DNA of 64,000 nucleotides from NCBI GenBank assembly GCA_964057225.1, contig OZ059896.1:7254001-7318000 (forward strand). The letters are read 5' to 3'. This stretch comes from Auanema rhodensis. Lineage: Eukaryota; Animalia; Nematoda. Position numbers and translations under genes: made by a program. This document shows, one piece after another, positions 13,711 through 29,700 of the stretch; position 1 is the stretch's first letter; each line of letters starts with the position of its first letter. Under the pieces are notes generated by a model. That model was not told the DNA's origin. It ran no database searches and saw only the letters and a list, made by a program, of their open reading frames with translations.

Positions 13711-16700
13711 TCCCTGAAGCATTACTTATATTCAATTCCATACATATACTCCACATAATGCACGTATGATAAAAGGAATATTTACAGAAATTTTAATAGA
13801 AGAACTTGAACAAGCATTGAACTGATGATCTTTTGACTTTTCTCTAGTTCTTTTATATACACGATAAACCTGTATGAAGTCACCAATCTCCTCAATACAA
13901 ATCATCATAATCATCCGCCATCACTGAAAATTATGTTATGACGTCAGTTTATGATAATTACATATGGTTTTGACATTTGAAAAACTAATCCATGTTACGA
14001 ATGAGCTTGATCACAACTGCAATGATCAACTACAATGTCATTGTGACCGATCAAACGAACTTTAAACAACTGCAAAATTTAAAATTCTCTCAATCAGTAT
14101 ATTCTCTAGACAGTTTGATATGTTTGATTATAGTATATACAATAAATTAGTTATTTATTTTTTGATTCGAATTCAATGTCAGAAGATTGTTGCCACGTGC
14201 CGTATGTCGTTGGTCATCTTCAACATGTCCATCGTTTGTCGCAAGACACCCCGTGCCTCCAGATGACAATCTCATCTGTCAAAATGATTTGCTGAAAAAT
14301 GACGATAATCATCAGCAATTTTTTATTTTCCCATTCGTCTATTTTTTGCTTTTTTTTTAAATAGAATATCTATATTTCATTCAATTATTTGACACAATTC
14401 ATAAAGGTTTGACAGTTCGTGTATCACGACGTCATTTTGATTCATAAAAATGGAATTCTCTTCTTCTTCTTCTTCTTTTTTTTTGAATAATTAGGATTAA
14501 TCCTAAGATACTTCATCTATATTAGGAGTTAAAAACAAGACACATGAAGCATTATATGAACCACGTCATAAGTGCTGATGGTGATTATGATGTTCCAAAC
14601 AACAAGAACATACGTTCCACTACTACTAGTCTTATAGTTTTCATCATTTTCTTAACATCTTTACACAAACATATATGAATTAAACCTGTCAATCTTTTCC
14701 TCTAATTCTCTATTCATAACCGTATGTATGTTCAACCTTTTTAGCACTTTAACTCTTTATTTCTTATTATCATTTGCAACAGAATATAATTTGAACCATA
14801 TTGCAAATTCCTCATTGAAAAGTTATCAGCTGATACAATACTTTGCACAAAACTAACGATAATGAATCTGCTGATTATTCTTCTTGTTGATATTTCAAAT
14901 ATAATACAAGTATATGATTGAATGATTTTCATTTTATAAATCATCTACTTCAAGTACAAATGCCATTGCAAACAATAATTTACTTTCTTGAATATAATAA
15001 CATTAATATGCCCAAGATTATCTTATTTTCAATGTATTTATCATTGAAATATAGATAAGAAATGAGGATGAAAGATGAAGAAACGTATAAGAAAAAATTA
15101 TTAATTTACTTCCAATCCATACTGTACATATTTGCTTGTTTATATTTTATTTTTTTTAAAGAATTCCTCTGATCTGTCATTACTTAGCAATTCAAAAATA
15201 GAAGGAATTTTCATTATAGTTGTTATCATGACCACATTTTCAACTTATATTCCGAAGAACAATAGACAATAATATCTTTGTTACTTCCTTACTACTGTTT
15301 TTTCATCTGTATCATGAACTTCGAACTTAAAACGAATTTTGCGTTATGAAATTTAGTAAATGTGACGAAAAGAATCAAAAATGTAGAAAATATGACGTTT
15401 GATCCGTTTATGCTAAGCAGATCAAACAGCCCCCCTCCGACACATACAGTTTCTCTCTCTTCTTCTCTTCTTCTCTCCAATCTCTTTCTCTCATTTTCCC
15501 TTTTCTCTTCTTCTATGTAGTCACTCTATCGTCGCACCTGATTCCTTTTTCACTTTTTCCATGTTAATATCTTCCTTACCGAATTATTCTCTTCATCCTC
15601 TGTCCGCCCTCGTCTGCTATTCCACCCCCCCCCACCTCAAGCATCATATCGTCGCTACGATCACCATCGTCACTTCATCAACCTCTCTTCTCTAGTTCTC
15701 ACAGCTATTTCCACTATATTTCCCCTTTCCTTTTATTTCAATCTTTTCTCTCTCCCTGTCCTTTCCTTTGCTTTCGATGTCTTTTAATGTCTTTTCATTT
15801 TTGACATCATCTTCATCTAGAGCACATGATACATATCCTATTTCTCTCCTTATATATTATATGTATTTCATATTTTTCTGAAGACATAACCACCAACCGC
15901 CACCCAGCCATCATCACTATCACCTTCTTTCAACAATCCTCTTCATCTTCTTCAGTATCATGCATATGATTCGCTGAACTTTCTGTATTTATCAGCTGAC
16001 CAGACATTTCGTCTGTTTCTGCCTTGGCTGACTGAATACTGCTTCTGATGCAACATATCTGATTGCCTATCTTGGCAATTGTTCAAAACAGGCTTATTTA
16101 CGATAATCTTTTACCGACTAAATGTATTCATTTCTACTGATATTCTATCACTATATCGTATTTTACTTAAAGTTTGTTCAAGCAATTAAAGCTTGATGAA
16201 TTTCATTCATTATTTCTATTTCTTTGTTTCATATTATTTCTGAAATTAATCATATAATTATTGGTTTTCATAACTTATATCATATAATATTCATTATTCA
16301 TTGTGTTATATTCATTAATAATTCAAATTTTTTGTATTATTATCATACAATTTGTTTTTTATCTTTTTTTTTATCAAAAAAAAAAACTGTGAAATGCTTT
16401 TATCTATTTTATATCCCTCGAGGCATTCTTTCTTGGAATTATAGTGTGAAAATTCTGTGTTTTTATAATTAAAATTTACCATAAAATTCGTAGTTCTATC
16501 TCTCTACTCCTTTCAATCTGTTATTCTCTTATCTTCTCTCTTTCTTATTCTCACCATATTATGACTGCAAAACTTTACGACAGTACGCGAGATCACGTGT
16601 ATGTATGCGTCTTCCCCTCAGGGGCTTATACTCTTTCCTGTCCCACTTCTCACATGAATACAGAGACATGTGACGGTGACGTTGACTTGTCAAACGACTT

Positions 16701-19700
16701 TCTCTTGTCTTGTTTCAACTTTTCACAACAAACTAATTCATCGCTGCTAGTCCTGGAAATAAGCTTTATAAGGAGCATGATAAACTAGTTTTTCTGCAGA
16801 CGGTGTGGTTTGAATAACAAAATAAAAACTTTGTTCAGTTATGATTTTTTGATATTTGCAACATCAAATACAGTACATAGAGCTTAATAGCAATCATTCC
16901 AATACAAATCTTATTTTTTAGCCTTTAAAAAAAGCCATTTGGACAGTTTTCGAAAATAGCTCTTGAACTAATCCTGTACTCTGGTTGTAACTTTTCGAGT
17001 TGAATCAAACAAATTCTAATCTTTGAACACTATTGAATCATTTTTAAAAGTTGCAAAAATTGAACTAAAATAAAAACAATAGATTCTATTATTTAACATT
17101 TTATAAAAGAACTAAAATATTCATAAAAAGTTAACCATCAAAGAAAAAAAATAAAGTAATGAAGCTTACAAGGCTAAATAATTATAAGCCGTATATTAAC
17201 TTTTGATTATTTCTTAAATCTTAATATAATTTTTATTCTTTTTCTAACCAACTAGTAGACTTTAGTTTTCAAAATTTCCCTCTAAGAATATATAATAATT
17301 CAAATATATTTCTTGTTTATATGATCATAGTGGATATATTCATGTTATTAAGTTCGTGATGACAGCAATAAGTCAAAATACATACACACGTGTTATAGTC
17401 ATATTATTTTGCAACAATTTGACATAAAAGTAAGTTGTTTCTCTGAATTTCTCAATCAGTTCATACAACCTTCGATACACTTGTTTGAATCCCTATACCC
17501 TTAGCTTAGTTACTTACAGTAACTGTACACGTGAATTACAGTAAGTGTAATGTCTACTTTTTTTTTATATTTTGATTTTAAATTTGAACGATAGTTTAGG
17601 TTTTCGATTAATTACTAAAAACGATAGAGAGACAGAATTCTTCCATGTTATATCAGTGACGTATTCATATTTGGATTATGTCTACAGGTGAAGAAGATAT
17701 TCGAGATCACCAAGCAACCTTCCCCCCCCCCTCTCTCTCTCTCTTCCTTCTCTCACTTTCTCATGGCTTGGCTTGGAAATTAGAAAGAGCAGTTGTCAAC
17801 TAGTGATCTGAATCTTTATCGATACATCTTAGTAAAAGACAAAACAGCTGATGTTTCAATGATTTTGAAAATTTCGAGAAGGACCATATGCTGTCACCTT
17901 TTCACTTAAGAACATTAATCTTTTAACTTTTATCTTTTTTCAGTATAAGTAAGATAACATAAGATATTATCTTTTAAATTTTTTTGTAAAATGAAAGACG
18001 AGGGGTTGTTTCTTCTGTTCCTATTTCAAATCATTATGATTCAAATTCATCTATTAACTAAATTCCTTACGTATAGCATTTGCGACATTGCAACAGTCTA
18101 CCGTCGATCCAGACATTCATCGGAAATGTGATGATTTAGAGCTGAACTGATGACATTTAGATATATGAGACATCATCAGAAGACAATGTGAATATAAGAT
18201 TTGGCAGCTTCACGACATGACGACGTGATTGATGGCCGAACTGATCGTTGATCTATCAAGATTCAGCATAAGAAGTATTCTTTTCATTTTGGCCGCCAGA
18301 TTCATTAGTTGACATCTTCTTCGTATATATACGATTTTACATATGTATACCTTACTATTGTTTTACTGTTTTTAACCAATTCACACGTGAAACTTGGGTT
18401 CATTTTACACCAAATCACATTCTTTAACTATTTTTTACTATGGGTATATCATATTTTATATCCGAGTGTGACTTTCATCGCTTCACTCTGAGCTTTGTTC
18501 TAAAACATTGCTTTTTCTCGGTTTCGTATGACTACTATCCATTCATGCGCCTGATAGATTTCGTTGACAATTCATTTGATCACGTTCGATTCGATAAATT
18601 TCCGAATCAAACATCAACTCCCGTAGAGATTCAGACGAAATTGACACAGTCGTCTACAGATTTTTGAGATAATCAAAAGGAAGTCACACCTTTTGTCATA
18701 AAGTTTTTCCTTCTCTCTGCTTCATTTTTGGGATCAAAAGAAAAAAAGCCAAGTATGTTATCATCCACGATCCATCTATCATGTCTGAACGCAAGAATAG
18801 TAGCATATGATCAAACTTCTCTGTTTGACTAGACTAATCTGTCTGAAAAAGGAAATGTTAGACTGTCCTCTTCAATCTTTTCATCATGCGTATGCTTGTC
18901 TTTTCGCATTATTTCTCATATTATCTTTGTCTTTTCTAACAATCCATATATTGCAATTATTTTCTCACCTTTATCTCTCTACACATCTATGTTCACTCAC
19001 TTTCTCTTTTCTCTCTTCATAATCGCTTTTTGAACAGCTTTTCGTCTTGTTTTGGCTTTTTTCCAATTGAACATATCTAAATCTTCAATGAAGCTACAAT
19101 TTCAATAATTCTATCAAACATCAAACGAAACGAGACTTCTATTGTTTCCATATTGAAAAGTTCAAATAAACATAAGACAGCTGTTTCATCACCAGACAAC
19201 ACCACCTCTCTTGTATATTCGGAACTTTGTCTCAAACAGTTTATTTGAAATTATCAATTGCTTTTCACTCTTTTATCTTTTCATTCTTTTCTCTAGAAAT
19301 ATTTTGAAAATAAAATTTGTAATTTAACTTTCAAAATTATTTCGAAGTTCATTCGATTTTGATTTATATTTGATTCAAATTGTACATATACATATATATT
19401 TATATGTATCTATATCTAAATATATTCTTATTTGCAAATAATTGAACAAAATTAAAGATGATCGATCTCCTTCTCACACTTTTTTTGCAAAAAAATAGAA
19501 AAAAAAACAAATTCAGATCTGAATTGCTTGTATTTTCATCAAAACAAAATATAAGCCGTTAGAACATATGAATGTACAAATGCTCATTTCCCTTAAGTCC
19601 ATTGAATTCTATTTAGAAATTTTAGAAAGTCTTATTCGAAAAAGAGAACGCAGAGACTCATTTTAGTGTCGGATTGTGGATAGCCATAATTCAATTATCG

Positions 19701-19793
19701 AAACCCTACATGTGAGGAATTCGTAGTTGAATCTCGTTTACTTCAAAATATTCTGAAACTCTTTTTGAGTATATAGATATAAGTTAACAGCGT

Positions 19794-19820
19794 TATATAT
19801 ATATATATATATATATATAT
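19794..19820. repeat. (TA)n microsatellite; similar tracts near 24721, 25733, 28460
   Basis: Read directly from the sequence. Confidence 0.9.
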
Positions 19821-22800
19821 TCATTTTATTATATAATTGATTCAATATTTAGCTGATAAAGAAGAGATGAGATAAGATCGAAAAATAGCTTTTCGTCTTC
19901 TGTTAATTCCATGTAAATTATGATTTTTGGATAAGAAAGATTAGATTGTGACGTAAAATCCCCAAAAAAAACTTCAAAATCAACAATTTTGAATGTCTGT
20001 ATTATCCAAAATGAATTTTTATATTATTTTCTAAATTTAATATAAATCGAAGACGGAAGGTGTTATGTTAATGAAAATTTGAAAAGCCCTTCAATTTTAA
20101 TTGGTGACTAGGTGATTATATTTAGGCAAAGAAAACATAGATAAAGAGAGAAACTGAAGATTCGAGAGAGGACGAGAGATGAAGAACCACAAGGAGGTTG
20201 TAGAGTGTAAGAAAGAAGCATGAAGAGTATCATAAGATTGCTGACAAGGACTCAAAAACTTAAAAAAGATGAAATTATGAGGTCGACTGAATGCTTGTCT
20301 TTTTGTTCATGCAATCGACCTCTCTCCCTCCCCCTTCTTTCTTTCGGCAAAAATCTTTTTTCAAGCTTGTCATCACTGCTTTTCTCTCCATCTCATATTA
20401 GCTCTTCCATCATTTTCTGTCACATTTCTTCGTTTATTTTCATATTCTCATTTATTTAAACAAAAATTACAAAAAAGTTTATAAAAAATAGAAAACTGTC
20501 ATAAATTTTAAGCTTTTTGTTGTATAATAATAGAGATATAGACTGAAGAAAGTTTATAAGAAGAAGCATTAAAAATCATCTGCTGACGATACTCTAAAGA
20601 AAAAATAAAGAAGCAATGATTAGTACATTATACTTATATTAACTATAACTTATAATTATTATATATTTTTATATATTCATTGATGACAAAAGCTTCATCA
20701 TATATCTATATTATCTTGCAAATCTTTTGACAGAATATAGCTTTTATAGACATAATAAAAAGCTTGATGACAATCCATTTCTTGATCATCCAGCTGGCAC
20801 CAGCTGAGACATATTTGGAATTTTGCCAAGAAGCATGATAGACATTTGGCTTCAAGCACATACCATTCGATGTCATTCATTGAAAATCGTTATGGTATTT
20901 GTCTGTTTCATCGTCTTCCTTATAGCCTTTTCTCCTTTTTCTTTCATTGCATCTCTCTCTTTCATCTCTCTTTCTCTATCTCTCTCTTTATCTCTTTCTT
21001 CCACTCTCTTTTAGTAGATTGTTGAATGCCCTTATGGTATACGAAGGAATGAGAGAGATATATAAGAGAGTGAGACATAAAGAGTAAAAAAGAAAGTAAG
21101 AGAGAGAATATTCAAATTAAATTCTAACTCTTTGAACAAATGTAATTTTCTTTGAAATTACTTTCAAAATGGCAACATAATTCAGAAGACTTGAAAGTAT
21201 TTTTCCAATTAACTAAAGGTTACTTATGGTCATTATCCTCAAAAATGGATATATATTCTTTTTTTTTTTTCGAAAAAAAGTTCTTTTTGTTTTATTGGAA
21301 CTTCCTATCCTAATTAATCATTTAGCTTTTCCCAAAAGAATTGTTGACAACGATAAGGGTTCGAATGAGAGCATACAATACAAGATATAAGAATAATTGC
21401 AGTTCATTCTAAAAATATTTTTTTCTTATTATTATTTAAATCGTTATTTTTATTATTAATTATTGAATTATTTATAGATAATTTGATTCATTCAAATTGT
21501 TTTTATTCTCTTTTTGTTCGATTGATACCTTCCTATCGTTACATTTGCATGTAATCTTGTTTCTTTCTGTCTTTTTTCTTTTTTTTTTAATTTTCCAAAG
21601 TTATTCTTTGACTGATTGTAATATGATCTACTAAATGAACTGCTAGTGAAAACATTTATCTGAATGTTGCAAATACAAAGCATGAACATGAAGTAGATAA
21701 AGTGAGAGAGAAAAGAGAGAAAAGGAGGAGCACAATATGAGATGATGAATGTTGAACTCTATGAATGAAGCTTTTGATGTTTCCAAAAAAGATTCACTTA
21801 ATTCACATAAAAATAAAATGATGTGAACTTTATTATTCGTTCTTTAAAGCCTATTCTCTCCCTATCAATAACTTGTACCCTCTCTCTCTGTCAAGTTCAT
21901 TATTTCTCGAAGCGTTCAGAATCATTTCATTTCCTTTTCATTCTGTTTTTACTGTTTGTACTCTTAACAGCATGGTCACGTGGGATGTGTGACATGAACT
22001 TTGAAGAAACTTATAAACAGCTTCATCTTCGAGCTATATAAGGAAAACATGTATTTCATTGTTTTGTACCACCAACTTAAACTGATCTGTATGTACTCTT
22101 TAAATGAGTTGTACAATTAGAAATATAAACTTGAGAGAAGCATATAGGCATGATATGAATGTTTTTTTTTAAAACTCTCTCTCTCTCTCTCTCTTTCTCT
22201 GCTCTACATTTCTCTCTGCTCTACATTTCTCTCTTTCTTCCCCAATCTCTCTCGCTTTCTTTCTTACTCTCTCTCATAATATAGTATTTCATTTGTTTCT
22301 TTTTCTATTTTCTAAGAAATATAATTGTTTCAAACTCAGTTAGGAACTAAAATCATATCGAATGTCTATTGTCTGTCATGTCTTTTTTCTCTTGTAATTT
22401 CACAGGGTTCATAGACCGATTAACAAAGAGCTTCAGACACTCTTATGTCGGCAAAAACGAGAAGAATGTATCTTAGTTCAGCATTGTGTGTGTGTGATTG
22501 AAGAGTGATACCTTTCTCTCAATGTCTTTAGCGCCTTTCGCTTTTCATCTCTCCGGCTCTATCTATCGCTTTCTTTCTTCTTTTTCTCGTTCTCTCCTCC
22601 TTCTCCCTCTCTTTTTCTTCCTCTCTCTCTCTCAAGTTTGCAAAAGTTGCAAATGACATATTGAACCTCTTGTTCTCTTTGTCTATGCTGATAGCCATTT
22701 ACATCGTTCACACTGTTCTGATAATATGAACAAATTGCCAGATGCTTTTTTTTGCTTCTCAATTCAGTCTATTAGACGTTTAGCTTTTCTCGACTAATGT

Positions 22801-24716
22801 ACATCTTGGTCTGACTTGTCCTCCTCTGAAACATGCAAAGCTCATGCATATCAAAGCTGCCTAGAGTAAGCTTAAGAACAGAAGGTCACCAAGTAATTTA
22901 TGGCTTTCGTGATAGCAGGTGACTCGTACCTGCTAATTTGTGTATATGTGTCCCTCCCTCTCTCCCTATTTCTATGTTTACTGGTTAACAGGATATGACC
23001 AGACTCTCTCTCTCTCTTCATATATGTATCTATTCTTTGTCTTAAGCTCATTCAGTTTCTTTTCTGTTTTCAGCCTTGCAATTCATTATTTCCGGCTATT
23101 TAGTAGAAAATAGCTACTGAGATTCTCTTGAATGCGCGATTAAATAGTCTGAAACAAGAAAGCAAAATCGAAATATTCTAGTATGCAGACAGTTAAAACC
23201 TCATAAAACAATAGAAAGGTTAAGAATGTTGTCAGAATTTGGCTGTAGGGGGTACAACTTTTAGTTTTACTAGTTTATCGCAATGCTTTAATGAATAGGA
23301 AGAGAGAAAAAAGACAATACGTTCTATGAGAATGAGTAGCCGTTCACATGTTCTTCACAATAACTACTTCCTTCAAGCTTTGACTCCTTTATTCCTATTT
23401 TGCGAATTGTTAACTTATTCGACCCCCCCTTCTTTCGTTTCTATATTTTTACCTCTGTTTTCAGTATCTGTTTTTTTGAGTTGCTTTTCTCCTCTTTTCT
23501 TATTTCCCTTATGTCTCTTTGTCTTTCAGTCATGTCGTTCATTCGAACCAACGGTCACTCCTGTTGAATTTACTTCAAAAATGTTCTAAGCCGTGTGTAT
23601 GTCTGTGTCGGTCTTGCTTCTCTGGGCGGTCTTTGCCCTCCGATCATTTCGCAACACACATATACACAAAGACTCAGTTAGAAAGAAAGAAGCTAAGAGA
23701 ACCAAGAAAAATACGATGACAGAAAGAAATAGAAACGAGAAGATAGATAGAAAGAGAAAAGGGTAGAGCAAGAAAAATTAAAAGATGAAGATGGCTGGCC
23801 GAACCTCAAGCCCAACAGAAAAAAAGAAGCTGTCGTCGTTGTCGTCGTTTGTGGGCAGATTGCCAGCTGGCCTTGCCCACTTTGAACAACCACCAGCCCT
23901 CTTTTCTCTCTCAATTCTATCCTCTCTGTTTCTCTCTAACACTCTTCGACAATCTTCCATCTCTTCCTCTTCTCTTTCATTACGACGACAGCTTGTGCCT
24001 CATCTTCCTATCCTGATGTCCGCACTCTCTGAAAGTTTCATGTTCTCTTAACAATATTCTATCTTCAATTCTCAGTCTATTGCTTCATCTTTCTTTTTCT
24101 TCGTCGATTCTTTAACCCCCCTCTTCCTTTTTTTGCTAACTCTTTTCTACCATTTCGTTTTTCTTCTTTTCTCATCTTTATTTTCTATTACTCTTTTACT
24201 CTTTTTTTTCAATTATTCTTAATCATAACGGTTTCTCTTCCACTCTTCCTCATTCTTTTTCAGTTCAAGTCTATCTCTCACTCTTTCTTTTCAGATATGC
24301 TTGTGTTCTACCATCTATGAATCGGTATCCCATGTGAAACAAAGTTAATTCAAAGTTCACATAATTTCAAAAAGCACAGAACTATATAGACAGAGTCAGA
24401 AATGAATGAAAAGAGCGGGACAGACATAATGTGGGCCATCTTGGGCATTTTTTACCGAACACCGGAAGGGTAGGCATCTGTTGCTTCCGGGTTTTCGATT
24501 TCGTATTAGCTAGCTTTGCTAGCATGTCTCTTCAAATTAAAACTTAGAAGCATATCAGACTGATCTTATATTTGTCTTATCTTTTGTATACATGTAGAAA
24601 TAACTATAATATGAATTACAGTTTTTTTCATACAACAAACAAAGTTAATGAAAGCATTCAACATCAAACATATTCTTCATAGAAATCATTTAATTTTTCA
24701 TTATATATCATATCAT

Positions 24717-24753
<37 letters not shown>

Positions 24754-25080
24754 CATATATAATAGAGACAAATGACTTTGAATAGTTTCTTTTGTTTTTG
24801 TTTCATTGAATATTTATGTTTCTCTTTTTGTTTTCTCTCAATATCCGTGCTTTGTCTATACATTTATATCATTCTAATAGACATTCTAGATGAGATGACG
24901 TCATTCAGTATAATTTTTTCTATTATATTTTGTACTTTTTTTCCTTTTTTTTTGTTTACGTGAGGTCTACATCAATAGCATATTCCATTTCATTATTACG
25001 CAGGCAGACAAAACCGTTTTGTCTATTTTATTCTTCTCTCTCTCTCTCTCTATCTATCTCTCTCACTCACTCCCTCTCTC

Positions 25081-25116
<36 letters not shown>

Positions 25117-25304
25117 TCCTTTTTTTTCTCTTTCTCTCTCCATCTTTCTCTCTCTAACTCTCTCTCTGTCTATCTATCTATCTATATATCTCTAGTTCTC
25201 TTTATATTATTTTTTTACTTTCAAATTCCTATTATCTACTTACATGTTGAGGTTCTAATTGTCACAAGTTTGATTTTACTTCTTCGGTAAAAACCAACAG
25301 ATAT

Positions 25305-25319
25305 TTGGCAAGTTGCCAA
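25305..25319. promoter_or_regulatory. Perfect Nuclear Factor I palindrome TTGGCA-N3-TGCCAA
   Basis: TTGGCAAGTTGCCAA matches the established NFI/NFI-1 consensus. A one-mismatch site (TTGGCAACTTGCCGA) lies at 35256-35270. Confidence 0.4.
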
Positions 25320-25730
25320 TAGCTTATCCAAATGAGCTCTTGCAAGAACATTTCTGTTCAAAGATCAAGCTGGCGATGTTGCCATATAGGGCTTTCTGTT
25401 TTTCTCGTTGACCGCAATCCGATTTATGCCAAACGACCCGAAAAGTTGTCTATTTCCGTCAATCATCAAACTTAATCATTTCATTTCACTTAGTCTCCGG
25501 TAAAGAAAAAGTTACGTATTCTTAAAGAAAAGAAAATGGCCCTTATGCATTATTTCCTCTCTTCACCCTTCCCCATCCCTGGCACCGCAGCTACAATATT
25601 TTGCTGAAAAAAAAAACAACTAAACAACAACAACAATAATAACAATAACAACTGAAAACGATTGAACATGCCGTCCTTTATCTTTTTCATTTGCCCATAT
25701 CACATGCTCATCCTGTAAATATGTATATTT

Positions 25731-25766
<36 letters not shown>

Positions 25767-26690
25767 CAACCTTTTTCTTACTATATGCTTTTAATATATT
25801 TAGTTCTTTATACAGTTTACTATATATACATAGTTAAGAGTCTTTTCTTCAGAATTTTTTATCTAATTATTGGCACTATTTTTCATTTATCTTATTGCAA
25901 CATACATATACATATATATAATTGCTATCTATACAATTATTTAATTAGTATCTCAAAAAATCAGAAAAAAACTAATTTTAATATAATTTTATAGATATTT
26001 AAACTAATTATACCTTATTCATATAAACTATTCATTTATCCCTTTAATTATGTGCATAGTTGTTCGAAAAAAAGAAAGAAAACTCTTGAACTCCTTATGT
26101 TCAAATTAATGATAAATGACCAAAAGTTGTAGCTACAATATTTACTGGAAAGAAATATCTTTATCTCGCTAATATCATTTATCCAACACAATATTCTTAA
26201 TTCTTATTTAAATTTTGCTTATAAACATATTTGGAGGCAATGTCTCTTTTCTGTGCCATCGGTGCCATGCTGCTCCGCAAATGATCATTTGATATTTGTC
26301 TCTTGCTTGAGAAAGATGAGGCTTGGTTCCTGATGATAAACATAAAGACTCAAAGATATGGGTCAACTACTATATTACTTTTTTCATTCTCACAGTTATA
26401 TATATATATATTATTTTCATTTAAATAATGAATAATATTTATTAAAAAGCTTTGATATTTGCACTACCGATTAGTTGTTGTTTTCTAAAAATTTTCTAAT
26501 AATCGTTTCATATAATGTATATCTTTAAAATTTTCATATGAATATTTTTATTTTATTTTCCTCATATAATTATCTATCCGCATGTCTCCGATTCAGATTG
26601 TTCAGCTGCTACTCTAATATCTATTCCTCTTTTTCTATTTCATTAGATCTCTTCATTTATTACTCTCTCTAATATATTTTTCTTTTTTCC

Positions 26691-26693
<3 letters not shown>

Positions 26694-26731
<38 letters not shown>
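26694..26731. repeat. Perfect (TC)19 microsatellite
   Basis: Read directly from the sequence. Confidence 0.95.
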
Positions 26732-26738
<7 letters not shown>

Positions 26739-29700
26739 AAGTTTTATTATTCCCATTATATATATATAAGGTTCATCTAATCGTCATTTTGAAAGAGCAT
26801 CTTTCACAAAATCCAAGCTGTTCGCTATTTCGAATATTTTCTGCTCTCACTCTTTTGCAAATAATGAAAAAGAGAAATTGAAAACGGTGGTCAATAATGG
26901 CCTGACCACACATGGCTACATTTCAATAATCAAGATAACTATATAATCTTATTGAAAGACATAAAATAATTATAAATATTTATACATATATTCATCAAAA
27001 AGTTTAGATTTCATTGCCAAAAACAGTAAATCCTGAATCAGATATTGATGACACTATATGTGTATTTCATATATCTTTAGTATCAAATGTTTCAATCAAA
27101 TATTATATTATCTTTTTCTTTCTTTTTTTTTCATTTTTATACATTTCTGTTTATATTATATTAATATTAATAGAGAGGGAGATTCATATATTTATAGAGA
27201 GAGAGGGAGAGAAGAGAGAGAAGAGGGAACAAATTGAAGAATAGATAAAGAAAAGATTTATTCAGTTTTGTCATTATTTATTTTCATTCTAGTCCAGCTG
27301 CGTTTTTCTTTTTGAAAAAAAAAGAAAAAAATAGAAACGAATATGTGTTCGTTCGCGATCTCTGGTAGTACTGGAGTTCATTGACCGGTTCATCTGCCAA
27401 TGAATTGCTGTATAACTTCCTTTTATTCTGAAAATAAGAAAGTCTCATACTTCTATTACTCCTCTTCATCACAGCTGTTCAAAAATATTCAGTTTACGAC
27501 TTGGCTTGGAGCCAAGCATCTTTGCTCTTCAGCCTGCTGAAAGCTTTGGTGACACTGACGTAACTTATCATCTTATTTGTTGCATTCCTATCTCTTTAAC
27601 CAGTTCAGTTTATAATATATATTTTTATCCGAATGTTATATCTATATGAATATTAAATCTTATAGTTCAAATAGATTTAATCAAAATTTTAAAAAGATAT
27701 AGTTAAGTATGATTTGTATAAATTGTACATATTTTTGAGTATAATTATTCGATTCCTTTAACTTGTTGCATATACTGCTAAACATAAAAACTGTTTGCAA
27801 ACTCGTCAATTCCTTCCTCTTTCTCTGCTCAACTATCGTCTATGAGGCAGATGCTTTATGTACCAAGCTGTATATGGAAAAGCAGTAAGATTGACAAAGA
27901 GACAGACAGACATCAATTGTGGTCACATGACAACCGGTGCTTTTCACCAAAATGCTTTCTTGCCTGCAGACAAGAAAGGACGTCTATCTCTTCTCTACTC
28001 AGACAGGCTAGTTAGGCAGAAGCCTGGTTACTTCAAATTTCGTAACTATGAGAATAACATTAATATGTTTTTATGAAAAAAAAACTAACATAATATAGTT
28101 GAAATACATATTCTAAAATCATTCTATATATTGAATGATCAATATATACATGTATATGCTTTCAATGTTTCATTTCAATACTTATTAATCTTTCTCTCTC
28201 TCTCTCTTTCTATATATATATATATAATTGGTATACTGTATAAAGGAAAACAATAGATATAAGTCAGGAATAGATCTATGGATGTGTGTAAGAAGTGCTG
28301 AAGGTAGGGATAGATGAAGACGAAAAAAGCAATTCTGGTGCAGACAAAAAGCTCAAAAGTCGGTATTATATTATGGTAGATCCTATAATTATATTGACCT
28401 TATATTAAACTTTTCAATATGAAATAGCTTAAGTTGTATATATCTATCTATCTATATCTATCTATATATATATATATATATGATTTCTCATTTTGAATAC
28501 TATGAAATTATATTTGCTCATACATCTACATATATATGTATGTACATGTCTTCTTGGCACATGTATATACAGATATATTAGGTATTTAACTATATTATAA
28601 ATAGATAAATGATCTTTTTCTTTTCTTAGCTAGTCCCTTAGAACCTATATGAATATGGCCACTAGTGTGATTGTATCACTGAACGTTTTTTGCAGATTAT
28701 ACAGTATAAATGATATCATATGTGCATATTAGTGAATAAAAACGACGCCGTATGTCTGGCGCCAGTCTGCTAGGAAGTCAGTTGAGAAGACGCTTTCCTT
28801 TCTAGCATCATCTCTGTTGATCTTACTAATTCTATAAATAGCAGTTTAACAATAATTTTCATATGTACCACTGTAGGTTATTGTCAAGGAAAGTAATTAA
28901 AAGAATGGAAAAGCTAAGAAGCCTATCTGATTGAGTACTGTATCCTATACAATTGATGAAGTTGAAATGGTTCAAACTAGAAAAGCAAAAAGCATATTTC
29001 TCTCTCTCTCTTTCATCAAGCATTCAAACCCATTTTTTTTATCTTTTCCCTCGTTTACTCTCTTGCACTCTTACTCATTCTGTTACTTTCACTCATCCGT
29101 CAATTATTTTTTTTTCTATCCTCATTCTCCCTATTTTCTTTCCCTCAATATCGTTCTCTCTTATACCCATGAAGAGAAAATGATCACGAGAATAGAAAAA
29201 CGACAAAACATCACAGAATTTGCTTTACAATTCGTCCTAAATATGCTCTTTTCCATTAACTTCTCGCAATTCTCTCAGTCTCGCTCTCTCTTGCTTTTCC
29301 TCGCTTCCTCATTTTTCTCTCTCTTGTTTTTCACTATATCTTACTTGTTGTCTTTCGGTTTCGTGTCCGTCTTATTAGACTTTGCCTCTATATAGATTTC
29401 TTCAGAATATCATATGATCGAGGACTGATGTGAAGCTGCTGATGAGGATCAATGAGTTTCCTGAATAGGAGACAGGTGCAACATTATATTAAAGCATTCT
29501 TTAATCTGCGGATAACAGAAGATTGTGTAAAAGGCAGAACACACGCAATCTGTAGAATTGGGTGGCTTCATTTTGCTAAATCCAATTTCAATTCAATATT
29601 TTTCTTTAGCCACAGAGCTTTTATCTACATAATCTTATCAAAATTTCATTCTTCTTCAATTTATAAATATCTATTAATGGTGTATAAACAGAAAAAACTT